Shown: positions 31,372-39,475 of the stretch, one piece after another
How the letters are laid out: each line of letters begins with the position of its first letter
Numbering within the stretch: position 1 is the stretch's first letter
NCBI GenBank assembly: GCA_964353785.1
Contig: CAYGWK010000003.1
Coordinates: 17,303-81,302 of the forward strand
Direction: 5' to 3'
Length of the DNA stretch: 64,000 bases
From: an uncultured Gammaproteobacteria bacterium
Lineage (GTDB): Bacteria > Patescibacteriota > Microgenomatia > CAYGWK01
Position numbers and translations under genes: made by a program
The notes under the pieces: generated by a model
What the model was told of the DNA's origin: nothing
The model's input: the letters and a program-made list of their open reading frames with translations, nothing else
Database searches by the model: none

Positions 31372-31788
31372 CTATCTTTTTATCTCGCCGCTAATTTCCC
31401 CACCACGATTAATTTTGATCACCGCGTTATCTAAACTAATTACCAATGTTGGTTCTACGTCAAGCTCAATATCGTCAGGGTTCAAAGCTTCAATCATGCG
31501 GACAGGATACCCCTCAATCACGAGATCCTTCAGCCATACACCACGCGCTACCCTTATATGTTTAAATTCAGGATACCTTTCGTCACTTTTTAAATCCACA
31601 GCGGTACTCCTCTTATTATCCTTGTTTTCTATTGTTAACAAAAACCTTTCATCATCGCATGTAAATTTAACACCACTATCTTTCCCCCAATTAAAAAGCA
31701 TACCTGGAACTTCTTTACCCCAACCCAGTCTGGAAAAAGTTTCAGTCAACGCCGCCAACTCTTGTGAATCTGGAGTTTCCTTTTTCAT
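31372..31788 (-). CDS. Hypothetical protein (138 aa)
   Basis: Strong RBS AAGGAGGTGA. No recognisable motif. Confidence 0.5.
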   Translation of the reverse strand: MKKETPDSQELAALTETFSRLGWGKEVPGMLFNWGKDSGVKFTCDDERFLLTIENKDNKRSTAVDLKSDERYPEFKHIRVARGVWLKDLVIEGYPVRMIEALNPDDIELDVEPTLVISLDNAVIKINRGGEISGEIKR

Positions 31789-31794
31789 TTTTTC

Positions 31795-31835
31795 TCACCT
31801 CCTTTTTAAAAAATCGCTGCTGGTTGGGCAGCGCG
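31795..31835 (-). promoter_or_regulatory. Conserved hairpin + Shine-Dalgarno leader module, copy B
   Basis: Minus-strand RNA GCUGCC-CAACCA-GCAGC hairpin, then GAUUUUUUAAAAAGGAGGUGAGAAAAA-AUG. Confidence 0.4.
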
Positions 31836-31875
31836 GGACTAGAGTAACCTATCAAAATCAAAAAGTCAAGCGGAT

Positions 31876-33015
31876 TTAACCTTCGGTTTCAACCAGAACT
31901 GTTCTAACTTTTGACTCTTGTCCATTTCGCCAAATGGTTAACTCAACTGTCTCTCCCACTTTTTTCTCGGAAATTATTTTTGCCAATCCTCCCTCTGCTT
32001 CTTGAATTCTTTTTCCATCCATATAAGTTAAGATATCACTTACTTTAATTCCGGCTCTATCAGCTGGCGAACCAGAAATTACTTCAACTACATAAGCTCC
32101 TTCGGGAACTTCATTTAAAATGGCCACCTCTTTGGAAATCATTCGGTAGCGGACTCCCAAAAATGGCCGAGAAAACTGACCAGTTTCATTGAAATTTGTA
32201 ATCGACTCCTTAACGATATTTATTGGCAGGGCAAAACCAATATTTTGTCCTTCTAAAGAAACAGCCACATTAATTCCAATCACTTGTCCAGCAGAATTTA
32301 AAAGCGGTCCGCCAGAATTTCCCATATTGATGGCCGCATCAGTCTGGATAACATTATCGAGTTGCTCAACATAGCCCTCTAAGGGAGAGCCGGCGGTGAT
32401 TGACCGGCCAATTCCTGAAATTACTCCGGTGGTGACGGTATGGCGAAACTCGCCTAAAGCTGTTCCTATAGCAACAACAAATTGACCAACCTTTAAGTTT
32501 CCCGAATCTCCCATCTCTGCAGGTTTTAAACCTGAAGTATCAATCTTTAAAATAGCAATATCATTGGCTGGGTCGCGGTAAATTTTTTTCACCTCATAGG
32601 TTTTGTCGTCTTTAGTAATAATTTTGTATTTGGCTGAGGTGTCAGAAACTACATGTTTGTTGGTCACAATCAAACCATCTTGGGAGATAACAAATCCACT
32701 GGCAATGTCTTGCTCTATTTGTTGTTGGGTACCTTGAGGAACACCAAAGTAAAAAGGTAGCTGTCCAAATCCGGGAAGTTCAAGGGTCTTTTGGGTTGTA
32801 CTGATGCTAATAGTTACCACCGAGGGAGAAACATTCTCAGCCACATCAATAACGACCGACTCTTCATTTAAGATACGTTGGGTCTCGGTCGGAATTCGAA
32901 AGCCAACCTGTTCTTTTTTGGGAAAAATTCTATCCGAAACCGCCCCGCCTAAAACAGCGACAAAGACCACAATTACACAAGCAGCAATGATTAAAAATTT
33001 TCGAAATCTCTTCAT
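31876..33015 (-). CDS. HtrA/DegP-family periplasmic serine protease with PDZ domain
   Basis: 379 aa; N-terminal TM anchor, trypsin-like core with GNSGGPLLNSAGQVIGIN, one C-terminal PDZ. Confidence 0.85.
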   Translation of the reverse strand: MKRFRKFLIIAACVIVVFVAVLGGAVSDRIFPKKEQVGFRIPTETQRILNEESVVIDVAENVSPSVVTISISTTQKTLELPGFGQLPFYFGVPQGTQQQIEQDIASGFVISQDGLIVTNKHVVSDTSAKYKIITKDDKTYEVKKIYRDPANDIAILKIDTSGLKPAEMGDSGNLKVGQFVVAIGTALGEFRHTVTTGVISGIGRSITAGSPLEGYVEQLDNVIQTDAAINMGNSGGPLLNSAGQVIGINVAVSLEGQNIGFALPINIVKESITNFNETGQFSRPFLGVRYRMISKEVAILNEVPEGAYVVEVISGSPADRAGIKVSDILTYMDGKRIQEAEGGLAKIISEKKVGETVELTIWRNGQESKVRTVLVETEG

Positions 33016-33019
33016 AACC

Positions 33020-34261
33020 TTATTTTATTTTAAGCAATTCTATTGCTTTTTCAAGTTGGGGGTCACGCGTTTGATCTTTTTCATCCATTTCAACCTCAAA
33101 ATCCGGTTTTATTCCTTCCTTGTCAATATTTTTTCCTGAAGGCAGAAGCCATTTGGCAACCGTTATATGAAGTCCAGAACCGCCAAGAAGTTCTTCTGCC
33201 TCCTGAATTGTTCCCTTACCAAATGATTTCTCCCCCACCACCTTTGCTCTTCCTCGCTCTTGAAGAGCCCCGGCCACAATTTCCGAAGCCGAGGCCGAAC
33301 CTTGATTAATTAAAACCACCAAAGGAACGTCTAAAAGTCTCCCTTTCCGGTTTACTGAAAAAGTTTCCACTCCTCCGTCTCGGCTTTTTTCCTGCTTAAC
33401 CACCACCCCATCTTTTAAGAATTCTGAAGTAATAAACACCGCCCCATCTAAAAATCCTCCCGGATTATTTCTTAAATCAAGAATAACTCCGTTTACTTCA
33501 GGGTGATGGTCAATGATTGATGAAACAGCTTCCTCCCACTCCTCATAAGTTCTCTCCCCAAAGCGAAGAAGTTTTAAATGGGCTGCCTCATCTTTAAAAG
33601 AAACCTCAACGCTTTTAACAACAATCGTTTGGCGGATAAGCTCCACTTCAAATTCGCCTTTATCTTCGCGAAAAATTGTCAAGGTCACCTTTGACCCTTG
33701 GGGTCCGCGAATTATTGTTACCGCCTCAGGAAGTGACATTTCGGCTGTCTCTCTGTCAATTTTTTTTGCTTCATCTTTAATCCGCAAAATCAAATCTCCG
33801 GCTTTTACTCCTGCCTTTTCCGCCGGTGTTCCGGATAAAGGAGCAATAACGGCGACTTTTGAATCCTTGTATCCAAGCTGAATCCCTACCCCTTCAAAAG
33901 CACCAGATAAATCTTCTTTTGATTGTTTTTGCTCTTGGGGTGGTAAAAAAACTGTATATGGATCGCCAAGTGAGGAAACCATTCCCGAAATGGCTCCATA
34001 AACCATTTTTTGATAATCAATTTTTGATTTGTCAAGATAAGATTGCTCAAGTTTATCCCAAACATCCCAAAACAAAGAAAAGGAAACGTCCTCTTTTCCT
34101 AAAGGCACTTTTCTCTCTAAAGTTACCTTGGGTTTATAATCTAAAAAAGTGATTTCTAATTTTCTTTGACCAAGAAAGTATCCTGTCCCGAAAGAGGCAA
34201 TTAAAATTGCAAAAATTAAAATTACTTTTCTTGCTTGGGAAAGCGTCATTCTAATCTTCAT
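33020..34261 (-). CDS. C-terminal processing peptidase (S41 family, CtpA-like) with PDZ domain
   Basis: 413 aa; S41 catalytic region LINQGSASASEIVAGALQ with the Ser-Lys dyad context; PDZ domain. Confidence 0.85.
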   Translation of the reverse strand: MKIRMTLSQARKVILIFAILIASFGTGYFLGQRKLEITFLDYKPKVTLERKVPLGKEDVSFSLFWDVWDKLEQSYLDKSKIDYQKMVYGAISGMVSSLGDPYTVFLPPQEQKQSKEDLSGAFEGVGIQLGYKDSKVAVIAPLSGTPAEKAGVKAGDLILRIKDEAKKIDRETAEMSLPEAVTIIRGPQGSKVTLTIFREDKGEFEVELIRQTIVVKSVEVSFKDEAAHLKLLRFGERTYEEWEEAVSSIIDHHPEVNGVILDLRNNPGGFLDGAVFITSEFLKDGVVVKQEKSRDGGVETFSVNRKGRLLDVPLVVLINQGSASASEIVAGALQERGRAKVVGEKSFGKGTIQEAEELLGGSGLHITVAKWLLPSGKNIDKEGIKPDFEVEMDEKDQTRDPQLEKAIELLKIK

Positions 34262-35073
34262 TGTAGGTTTTTAGGAAAAAACAAAAATTTTTCCTCTCCA
34301 GAAAGCAAAGCTTCTTTACCTTTTCTTTTTTCCAATTCTTGCCAAATTTCTTTTGGGACAGATCCGTCGTTGCCTCCTAGAGAAACTATTGTCAATTCAT
34401 TTGCCTCCGCTTCAGGGGAAATTGAACCTCCAACAAGTCCGGCTATCCCCAAAGCTTCGGCCTTATGGCAAATCCCAAGAGAAATTTTACCACCGGCAAC
34501 CAAAATTTTCCCTTTATCTTCTGGTCTAAGTTGAGAAAGTTTGACCTCTTCGTCTCTTTCTCCCAAAACATCAAGAATTCCAAAAACTTTTCCTCCTCTT
34601 CCCCAACCTCCTTCAATTTTTTCTCCCTCAAATTCCAAAACCAAAAGATTTCCTTTTTTTTCTTTTATTGCGGAGCAACAAACTTTGTTTATTTTACCGG
34701 AGAAAGGACTTAAGAGTTCTTTTTTCTCGCTTTTTGTTTTTATCTTTAAAATCCCTTTATCAGAAAGGCCGACAAACACTCCGGCAACTGGACTTTTAAA
34801 AATCGTTCCTTTCCCAAAAAGTCCTTTTTTAATGGCCACAATCTGGCCCTTTTCAATTTTTGCCCCCGGAGAAATCGAAAGAATCTTACTTACTTTTTTT
34901 GGAGAAATCGAAAAAAAGCCCGCCAAATCAAATTCTTCAAATTCTTCCACCTCTTCGGTTGCCAAAACTTTTCCTTTCAAAACCTCATCTCCCTCACTTA
35001 CCAAAATTTTTGCCTCTTTTGGAAGAGGAAAAGAAAAGAGAGAGCTAGAGATTTCAAAGGCAGGGTTTGTCAT
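34258..35073 (-). CDS. Hypothetical protein (271 aa) with in-frame 27-bp element insertion (NKVCCSAIK frame)
   Basis: Translationally coupled between the S41 peptidase gene and rpsR. Element at 34664..34690 read in the +1 frame relative to the KQSLLLRNK copies. Confidence 0.5.
   Translation of the reverse strand: MTNPAFEISSSLFSFPLPKEAKILVSEGDEVLKGKVLATEEVEEFEEFDLAGFFSISPKKVSKILSISPGAKIEKGQIVAIKKGLFGKGTIFKSPVAGVFVGLSDKGILKIKTKSEKKELLSPFSGKINKVCCSAIKEKKGNLLVLEFEGEKIEGGWGRGGKVFGILDVLGERDEEVKLSQLRPEDKGKILVAGGKISLGICHKAEALGIAGLVGGSISPEAEANELTIVSLGGNDGSVPKEIWQELEKRKGKEALLSGEEKFLFFPKNLQ
34664..34690 (-). repeat. 27-bp dispersed element (sense on the minus strand), +1-frame reading (NKVCCSAIK) inside the 34258..35073 gene
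   Basis: The minus-strand sequence is AAACAAAGTTTGTTGCTCCGCAATAAA. Confidence 0.8.
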
Positions 35074-35306
35074 TTCACCTTGGTTATAAATGGAAAAAGG
35101 GCTAAATATCTTGCTCTTTTTACTGCTTTGGCCAGTCTTCGCTGATGTTTAGCGCAAAGAGAAGACCGAAGCCTTGAAAGGATTTTGCCCCGTTCACTGA
35201 CAAATTTGGAAAGATTTTCTATATCTTTCCAATCGGGATTGGTTTTATTTTCACAAAAATGACATTTTCCCCTTTTGGGGCGGATAAAAGTTTTTCTTCT
35301 TATCAT
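35070..35306 (-). CDS. rpsR: 30S ribosomal protein S18
   Basis: 78 aa; CHFCENK... / RYLALFPF typical of S18. Confidence 0.9.
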   Translation of the reverse strand: MIRRKTFIRPKRGKCHFCENKTNPDWKDIENLSKFVSERGKILSRLRSSLCAKHQRRLAKAVKRARYLALFPFITKVK

Positions 35307-35309
35307 GCT

Positions 35310-35849
35310 TTAAAACGGTATATCCTCGGTTGGATTTATCTCTTCAGCAGATTTTTTCTCTTCAGTGCCCTCGGTGATGCTCTTTTTCTTTTTCTTCTTA
35401 GTCTCAGCTGGCACTGTCGCTGGGGTAACCGCCGCTGGTTCGGCTGGTATCTCTGGAGCGACCGCCGCCGGAGCCTCTCTGGTTGGCGCTGCTATCTCTT
35501 CCCCAAGCTGCCTCCGACTATCCAAAATAATCATATCCTCAATAACAATTTCCGTTGTCTGCCGCTGCGTTCCGTCTTGGGCAGTCCAGGCTCTTGTCTG
35601 GAGTCTTCCCTCAACATAAACTTTTCTTCCCTTAAACAAAAGTTGGGCACAAAGTTCGGCCAATTTGTTCCACGCCACAATTCGGTGAAACTCGGTCTCT
35701 TCTCTCTTTTCTCCTGCTTCTGTAACCCAATATCTGTTTGTGGCTAATCCTAATGTGCAAACAGCTGTTCCCTGAGGGGTATAGCGCAGTTCCGGATCCC
35801 GAGTCAAATTGCCAATTAAGCAAACCTTATTCAAACTTCTCGTCGCCAC
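35310..35849 (-). CDS. ssb: Single-stranded DNA-binding protein
   Basis: GTG start; OB-fold N-terminus MATRSLNKVCLIGNLTRDPELRYTPQGTAVC; acidic C-terminal tip EDIPF. Confidence 0.9.
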   Translation of the reverse strand: MATRSLNKVCLIGNLTRDPELRYTPQGTAVCTLGLATNRYWVTEAGEKREETEFHRIVAWNKLAELCAQLLFKGRKVYVEGRLQTRAWTAQDGTQRQTTEIVIEDMIILDSRRQLGEEIAAPTREAPAAVAPEIPAEPAAVTPATVPAETKKKKKKSITEGTEEKKSAEEINPTEDIPF

Positions 35850-35892
35850 GTTTTATCTTTTTCACCTCCCTCCGGGAGGCCGGAGGCCTCCT

Positions 35893-36189
35893 TTAATCAA
35901 CTCTGACCAACAAATATCTTAAAACTTTTTCATTTAGACGCAACTTTTTTCCAATTTCTACCGGAACTTCTTGGGAAAGTTCTAAATTGAAAAGAAAATA
36001 AATTCCTTCTTTAGACTTTTTACCCGCTTTTCTAATCGGGTAAGCCAGTTCCTTTTTTCCCCATTCATCTACCTTCTCAACCTTTCCTTTCGCCTTTTCA
36101 ATCTCCCCTTTTATCTCTTCAACCAATTTCTTCCTTTCATCTTCTTTTAAATCCGGGTCTAAGACTACTGCCATTTCATATTTTCGCAT
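35893..36189 (-). CDS. rpsF: 30S ribosomal protein S6
   Basis: MRKYEMAVVLDPDL...; classic rpsF-ssb-rpsR order. Confidence 0.9.
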   Translation of the reverse strand: MRKYEMAVVLDPDLKEDERKKLVEEIKGEIEKAKGKVEKVDEWGKKELAYPIRKAGKKSKEGIYFLFNLELSQEVPVEIGKKLRLNEKVLRYLLVRVD

Positions 36190-36226
36190 AAAGGAAAGTA
36201 TAACAAATAATTAGAAATTAGTAAAT

Positions 36227-36322
36227 AAGCAGAGCTTGTTGCTTTGCAATAAGCAGAGCTTGTTGCTTTGCAATAAGCAGAGCTTGTTGCTTTGCAATAA
36301 GCAGAGCTTGTTGCTTTGCAAT
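36227..36322. repeat. Perfect 4x tandem array of the 24-nt core (AAGCAGAGCTTGTTGCTTTGCAAT) of the dispersed 27-bp element, in the rpsF 5' leader
   Basis: Four identical head-to-tail copies and no spacers. Each unit can form a GCAGAGC/GCTTTGC 7-bp hairpin with one G.T pair. Followed by a short GTAATTAG-type repeat. Confidence 0.9.
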
Positions 36323-36348
36323 AGTAATTAGTAATTAGGTAGTAATTA

Positions 36349-36505
36349 GGCGGAGAGGTAACAATTTTTGCGCAGGATTTAGGTGGCAAGCCGCGACCCC
36401 ATCGGAACACAACTTGAGTTTCAAGCTGCCCAGTCGCGAGCTGGTCCCGCGTCAAACGCGGGAGCCATCTTTAAATCCAAGCAACAAATTCGTTACCGAA
36501 CCGCC
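36349..36505 (-). ncRNA. Paralog 2 of the unidentified structured RNA-like element
   Basis: Terminal helix GGCGG-AGA-GGTAAC-AATTT / AAATT-C-GTTACC-GAA-CCGCC; internal hairpin CCCGCG-TCAAA-CGCGGG. Starts 12 nt after the ychF stop and sits with the tandem array in the rpsF leader. Confidence 0.5.
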
Positions 36506-36517
36506 ACACACAAATCC

Positions 36518-37435
36518 TCAAACTCCCGTTTTAAACTCAATCACATCCCCATCACAAACTTTATAATCTCTTCCTTCAAGTCTGATTAATCCTTTCTCCT
36601 GCGCTTTACTCCATGACCCAACTTTTTCTAATTCCTCAAAAGAAATCACTTCGGCTTTAATAAAATTTTTGGCAAAGTCGGTGTGAACCACTCCAGCTGC
36701 ATCCAACGCGGTTTGTCCAGATTTTAAAGACCAAGCCTGAGTCTGTTTTCCTCCTTTAATAGTAAAAAAGGTAAGTAAATCTAAAAGTTTGTAGGCTGCC
36801 TGAATAACCTTGTCTAGCCCAGTTTCCTTAATCCCTAACTCTGTCAGATATTGCCTTCTTTCCTCTGGCTTAAGTTCGACCAAGTCCATTTCTAATTTGG
36901 CGCAGACCTGGATGACTGGATAATTGGATGACTGGATAATTGGAATCGTCTTAATCTGATTATCTAGTTCTCTAGTCATCTGATTTTCCGATATATTTAT
37001 CACGTATATTGTCGGTTTTTTAATCTCTGCCATCTCAAGTTCCAAATTGACAATCTTGATGTCTTCTTGGGGGTCAATTTTTCCGTGGACATGGGAAACA
37101 TTGGGATTGGTAAATCCCCTGACAATATGAACAATAGCATCAACTTCGCGAATATGGCCGAGAAATTTATTGCCCAAACCTTCTCCTTTATGAGCCCCTT
37201 TAACCAAGCCAGCAATATCAATAAATTTAACTGCTGCCGGAACAACTTTTTCCGGCTTAAGGAGCTCTGCCAACTTAGCCAGTCTCTCGTCAGGAACTTC
37301 AACTATTCCTGTGTTTGGCTCAATGGTGGTAAAAGGATACTCTGCCACCTGGGCAATCTGCCGCGAAAGAAGGGCATTAAAAAGGGTAGATTTTCCACTA
37401 TTCGGAAGACCGACAATGCCAACTGAAAGTGACAT
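36518..37435 (-). CDS. ychF: Ribosome-binding ATPase YchF (Obg-family GTPase), short form
   Basis: MSLSVGIVGLPNSGKSTLFNAL G1 motif; C-terminal TGS domain. Contains a 2x16-bp in-frame duplication (IIQSSNYPVIQ). Confidence 0.85.
   Translation of the reverse strand: MSLSVGIVGLPNSGKSTLFNALLSRQIAQVAEYPFTTIEPNTGIVEVPDERLAKLAELLKPEKVVPAAVKFIDIAGLVKGAHKGEGLGNKFLGHIREVDAIVHIVRGFTNPNVSHVHGKIDPQEDIKIVNLELEMAEIKKPTIYVINISENQMTRELDNQIKTIPIIQSSNYPVIQVCAKLEMDLVELKPEERRQYLTELGIKETGLDKVIQAAYKLLDLLTFFTIKGGKQTQAWSLKSGQTALDAAGVVHTDFAKNFIKAEVISFEELEKVGSWSKAQEKGLIRLEGRDYKVCDGDVIEFKTGV
36910..36941. repeat. 2x16-bp direct tandem duplication (GGATGACTGGATAATT) inside ychF
   Basis: Exact duplication with the frame preserved by flanking sequence. 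Confidence 0.8.
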
Positions 37436-37450
37436 GATAGCCTGATTTTA

Positions 37451-38749
37451 TCACAAAGAGACTAAATCTTTTTCGCTTTTAATTTGAAGAAATTTTTTGA
37501 GACGCTCTGCGTCTGTTTTACTAAACGCTTCAAAAACCAATTTTCCCAAAGCCGCTAAATTCCCCTCTTCCAATTCTAGTGGAGGCTCGATGTAACTTGA
37601 ATATACCTTTCCCAAATCTCGGCGAAAACTCCAAAGATCGCTCTCCCAGTGGAGTTTGGCAACCCGACTAAAATCCATCGCTCCTTGCCAAAGTTTTGGC
37701 CAATCTGAGTCTGGATGTTCAAGATTAACAATTGCCTGGAGAAATTCGGGATATCCCATCGGAACAACCTCCTTTTTTTCAAGACCCACTTTCTCTAATT
37801 CTCCTAAAAACCGGTAAGATGCCCATTCAGCAAAAAATTCCTCTTCAACTCGTCCTTCGACAGTTAAACTTTCACCCTTTGGCGGCGGAAGATTGCGTAA
37901 AAAGCCTCTTCGACTGAAAACTTTAAATCGTCCTACTATCCCATAATCCTCTTCTGGCCTACTACAGAGTCGAGGGAAGACTTCAAATCTGTGAACATTC
38001 ATATGAGCCACCTCGTGGTCTATCCTTCCCACCCAAGAACGGATAGGCATTTTACTGGCAGATAATTGTTTCCACTCTTCTTCACTAAAATTAAGACAGG
38101 TAAGTATCTCTCCTCCGAAAAAGGTTGGTGAACAAGCGGTAAAGGCATCAGTCTCCTTGTCAGTATCAGGTTGACAAATAGCCCGAAATTCCTCTTCATT
38201 AAGAATTTTGAACATTCCCTTAGCATATTCTTTTGCTTTCTTTGGACTCTCTCCTAATAACTGGGCTGCCTGATAGGCAGTAGCTGTTAGTAAAATATCT
38301 GCTTCTCCTGGGGAAGGTATCTTGCCTTCTAGACGATTAATCAGCGTGGCCAACTCAGATAAAGAAAGTTCGGCAATTTTCTTATTCTTCTCTGGCGGGA
38401 ATGGCAAGCCGCTAAGAAATTCTTCTACCTCTTTTCTTCTCTCCCACCAATTAAAGGATTCACCAACAGCTAAGCCAGTAGCCGCTCCTCCTAAAGCATT
38501 ACGAATAACACTAAAGAGTTCTCTTCTAGTTATCTTTTTTTCTGGAGATTCTCTTATTTGGAACCAGGCGGCAATTCCACCTCCAACGGCTCCTCCAGTC
38601 AACATCGAAATCGCATCCGCTTTCAAGTCATAAGAGTTTCGACCCAAAAAGCACCCCTGACCAAGAGAAAAAAGAGCAGCACCTTTTAAAAAGTCTCTGC
38701 GATCAGTCTCTTTAGAAGCCATAAATTTTATCAGAGTGTATTTTAACAA
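37451..38749 (-). CDS. Hypothetical Tat-signal protein with HExxH motif
   Basis: 432 aa; twin-arginine signal TDRRDFLKGAALFSLG; glycine-zipper-like segments; IDHEVAHMNVH. Confidence 0.45.
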   Translation of the reverse strand: MLKYTLIKFMASKETDRRDFLKGAALFSLGQGCFLGRNSYDLKADAISMLTGGAVGGGIAAWFQIRESPEKKITRRELFSVIRNALGGAATGLAVGESFNWWERRKEVEEFLSGLPFPPEKNKKIAELSLSELATLINRLEGKIPSPGEADILLTATAYQAAQLLGESPKKAKEYAKGMFKILNEEEFRAICQPDTDKETDAFTACSPTFFGGEILTCLNFSEEEWKQLSASKMPIRSWVGRIDHEVAHMNVHRFEVFPRLCSRPEEDYGIVGRFKVFSRRGFLRNLPPPKGESLTVEGRVEEEFFAEWASYRFLGELEKVGLEKKEVVPMGYPEFLQAIVNLEHPDSDWPKLWQGAMDFSRVAKLHWESDLWSFRRDLGKVYSSYIEPPLELEEGNLAALGKLVFEAFSKTDAERLKKFLQIKSEKDLVSL

Positions 38750-38773
38750 ACGAAATGAAACTTGTCCAGAAGA

Positions 38774-39436
38774 TTACTCCAGAATAATCTTTAGTCTTGG
38801 CGAGGTAAAGTTAACTACATTTCCACTTGAGCCTTTGGCTTGAATTCGGTATAAATTATTTCCTCGCCAAATTGTTAAATTTCCTGATTGCAGATATTCA
38901 AATGAGGAAGAACGCGTAGTCAATTCGCTGCCATCAATCGCTCTTTTATTGGTGACATCATAAAGTCTGATGTAAGCAGGATCAGATGAAAGATAAGACT
39001 GAAGTGAAATCTCCCAGCGGACTGCCTTAGCAGAGGGATAATCAGCTAAATCAAAATAAAAATCAGTCCCCGAAATATCAGTCCATGAAGTGCTTGAAGT
39101 TGAACCAGTTGAACCAATAGTTATATAAGAAACTTTTGAACTAGATGGTGTCGTTGTTGCTTTTGGGGTTGGGGTAACTGCTTTTGTCGGAATTGAGGAA
39201 ATCGCCTCTGAAACTTGTTCCTCTATATATGTTTTACATTGAGGGGCGCAGGTTTCGCCTGTTGAAATACCTGGAGTCAGGGTTGGCGTTGGTGTCTCAA
39301 AAGTTGTTTGGGCAGTTTCCGTAATTTTTGCTTCTCTCTTTTTACTTGAAACCCAGACAAAATCTAAAAGAAGCAGGTTTAAAAGCAACAAAAATCCACT
39401 AACCCAGGGTAAAATTTTTAAAATTCTTTCTGTCAT
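38774..39436 (-). CDS. Hypothetical membrane-anchored Ser/Thr/Pro-rich protein
   Basis: 220 aa; N-terminal TM; T/P-rich linker. Confidence 0.45.
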   Translation of the reverse strand: MTERILKILPWVSGFLLLLNLLLLDFVWVSSKKREAKITETAQTTFETPTPTLTPGISTGETCAPQCKTYIEEQVSEAISSIPTKAVTPTPKATTTPSSSKVSYITIGSTGSTSSTSWTDISGTDFYFDLADYPSAKAVRWEISLQSYLSSDPAYIRLYDVTNKRAIDGSELTTRSSSFEYLQSGNLTIWRGNNLYRIQAKGSSGNVVNFTSPRLKIILE

Positions 39437-39475
39437 AGTGGTTCGACTTTGCTCACCATAAAGCAGTTTAATTAA

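Noticed and set aside
36227-36322. The 4x identical 24-nt tandem array considered as a CRISPR array
   Set aside because: The repeats are head-to-tail with no spacers. No cas genes or leader are present in the window. The same unit occurs singly inside coding genes. It is a tandem duplication of the dispersed element, not a CRISPR.
36165-36455. ORF 36165..36455 (96 aa) and the N-terminal extension of ORF 55433..56155, which share RDQLAT..ETQVVFR.GRGLP.KSCAKIV.SP
   Set aside because: The shared peptide comes from translating the conserved structured RNA-like element and the tandem array (CKATSSAY x4). The copies differ by indels that would not preserve a protein. The third copy, ORF 18674..18856, reads in a different way. 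These are treated as non-coding. The cyclodeaminase start was moved to ATG 55993.
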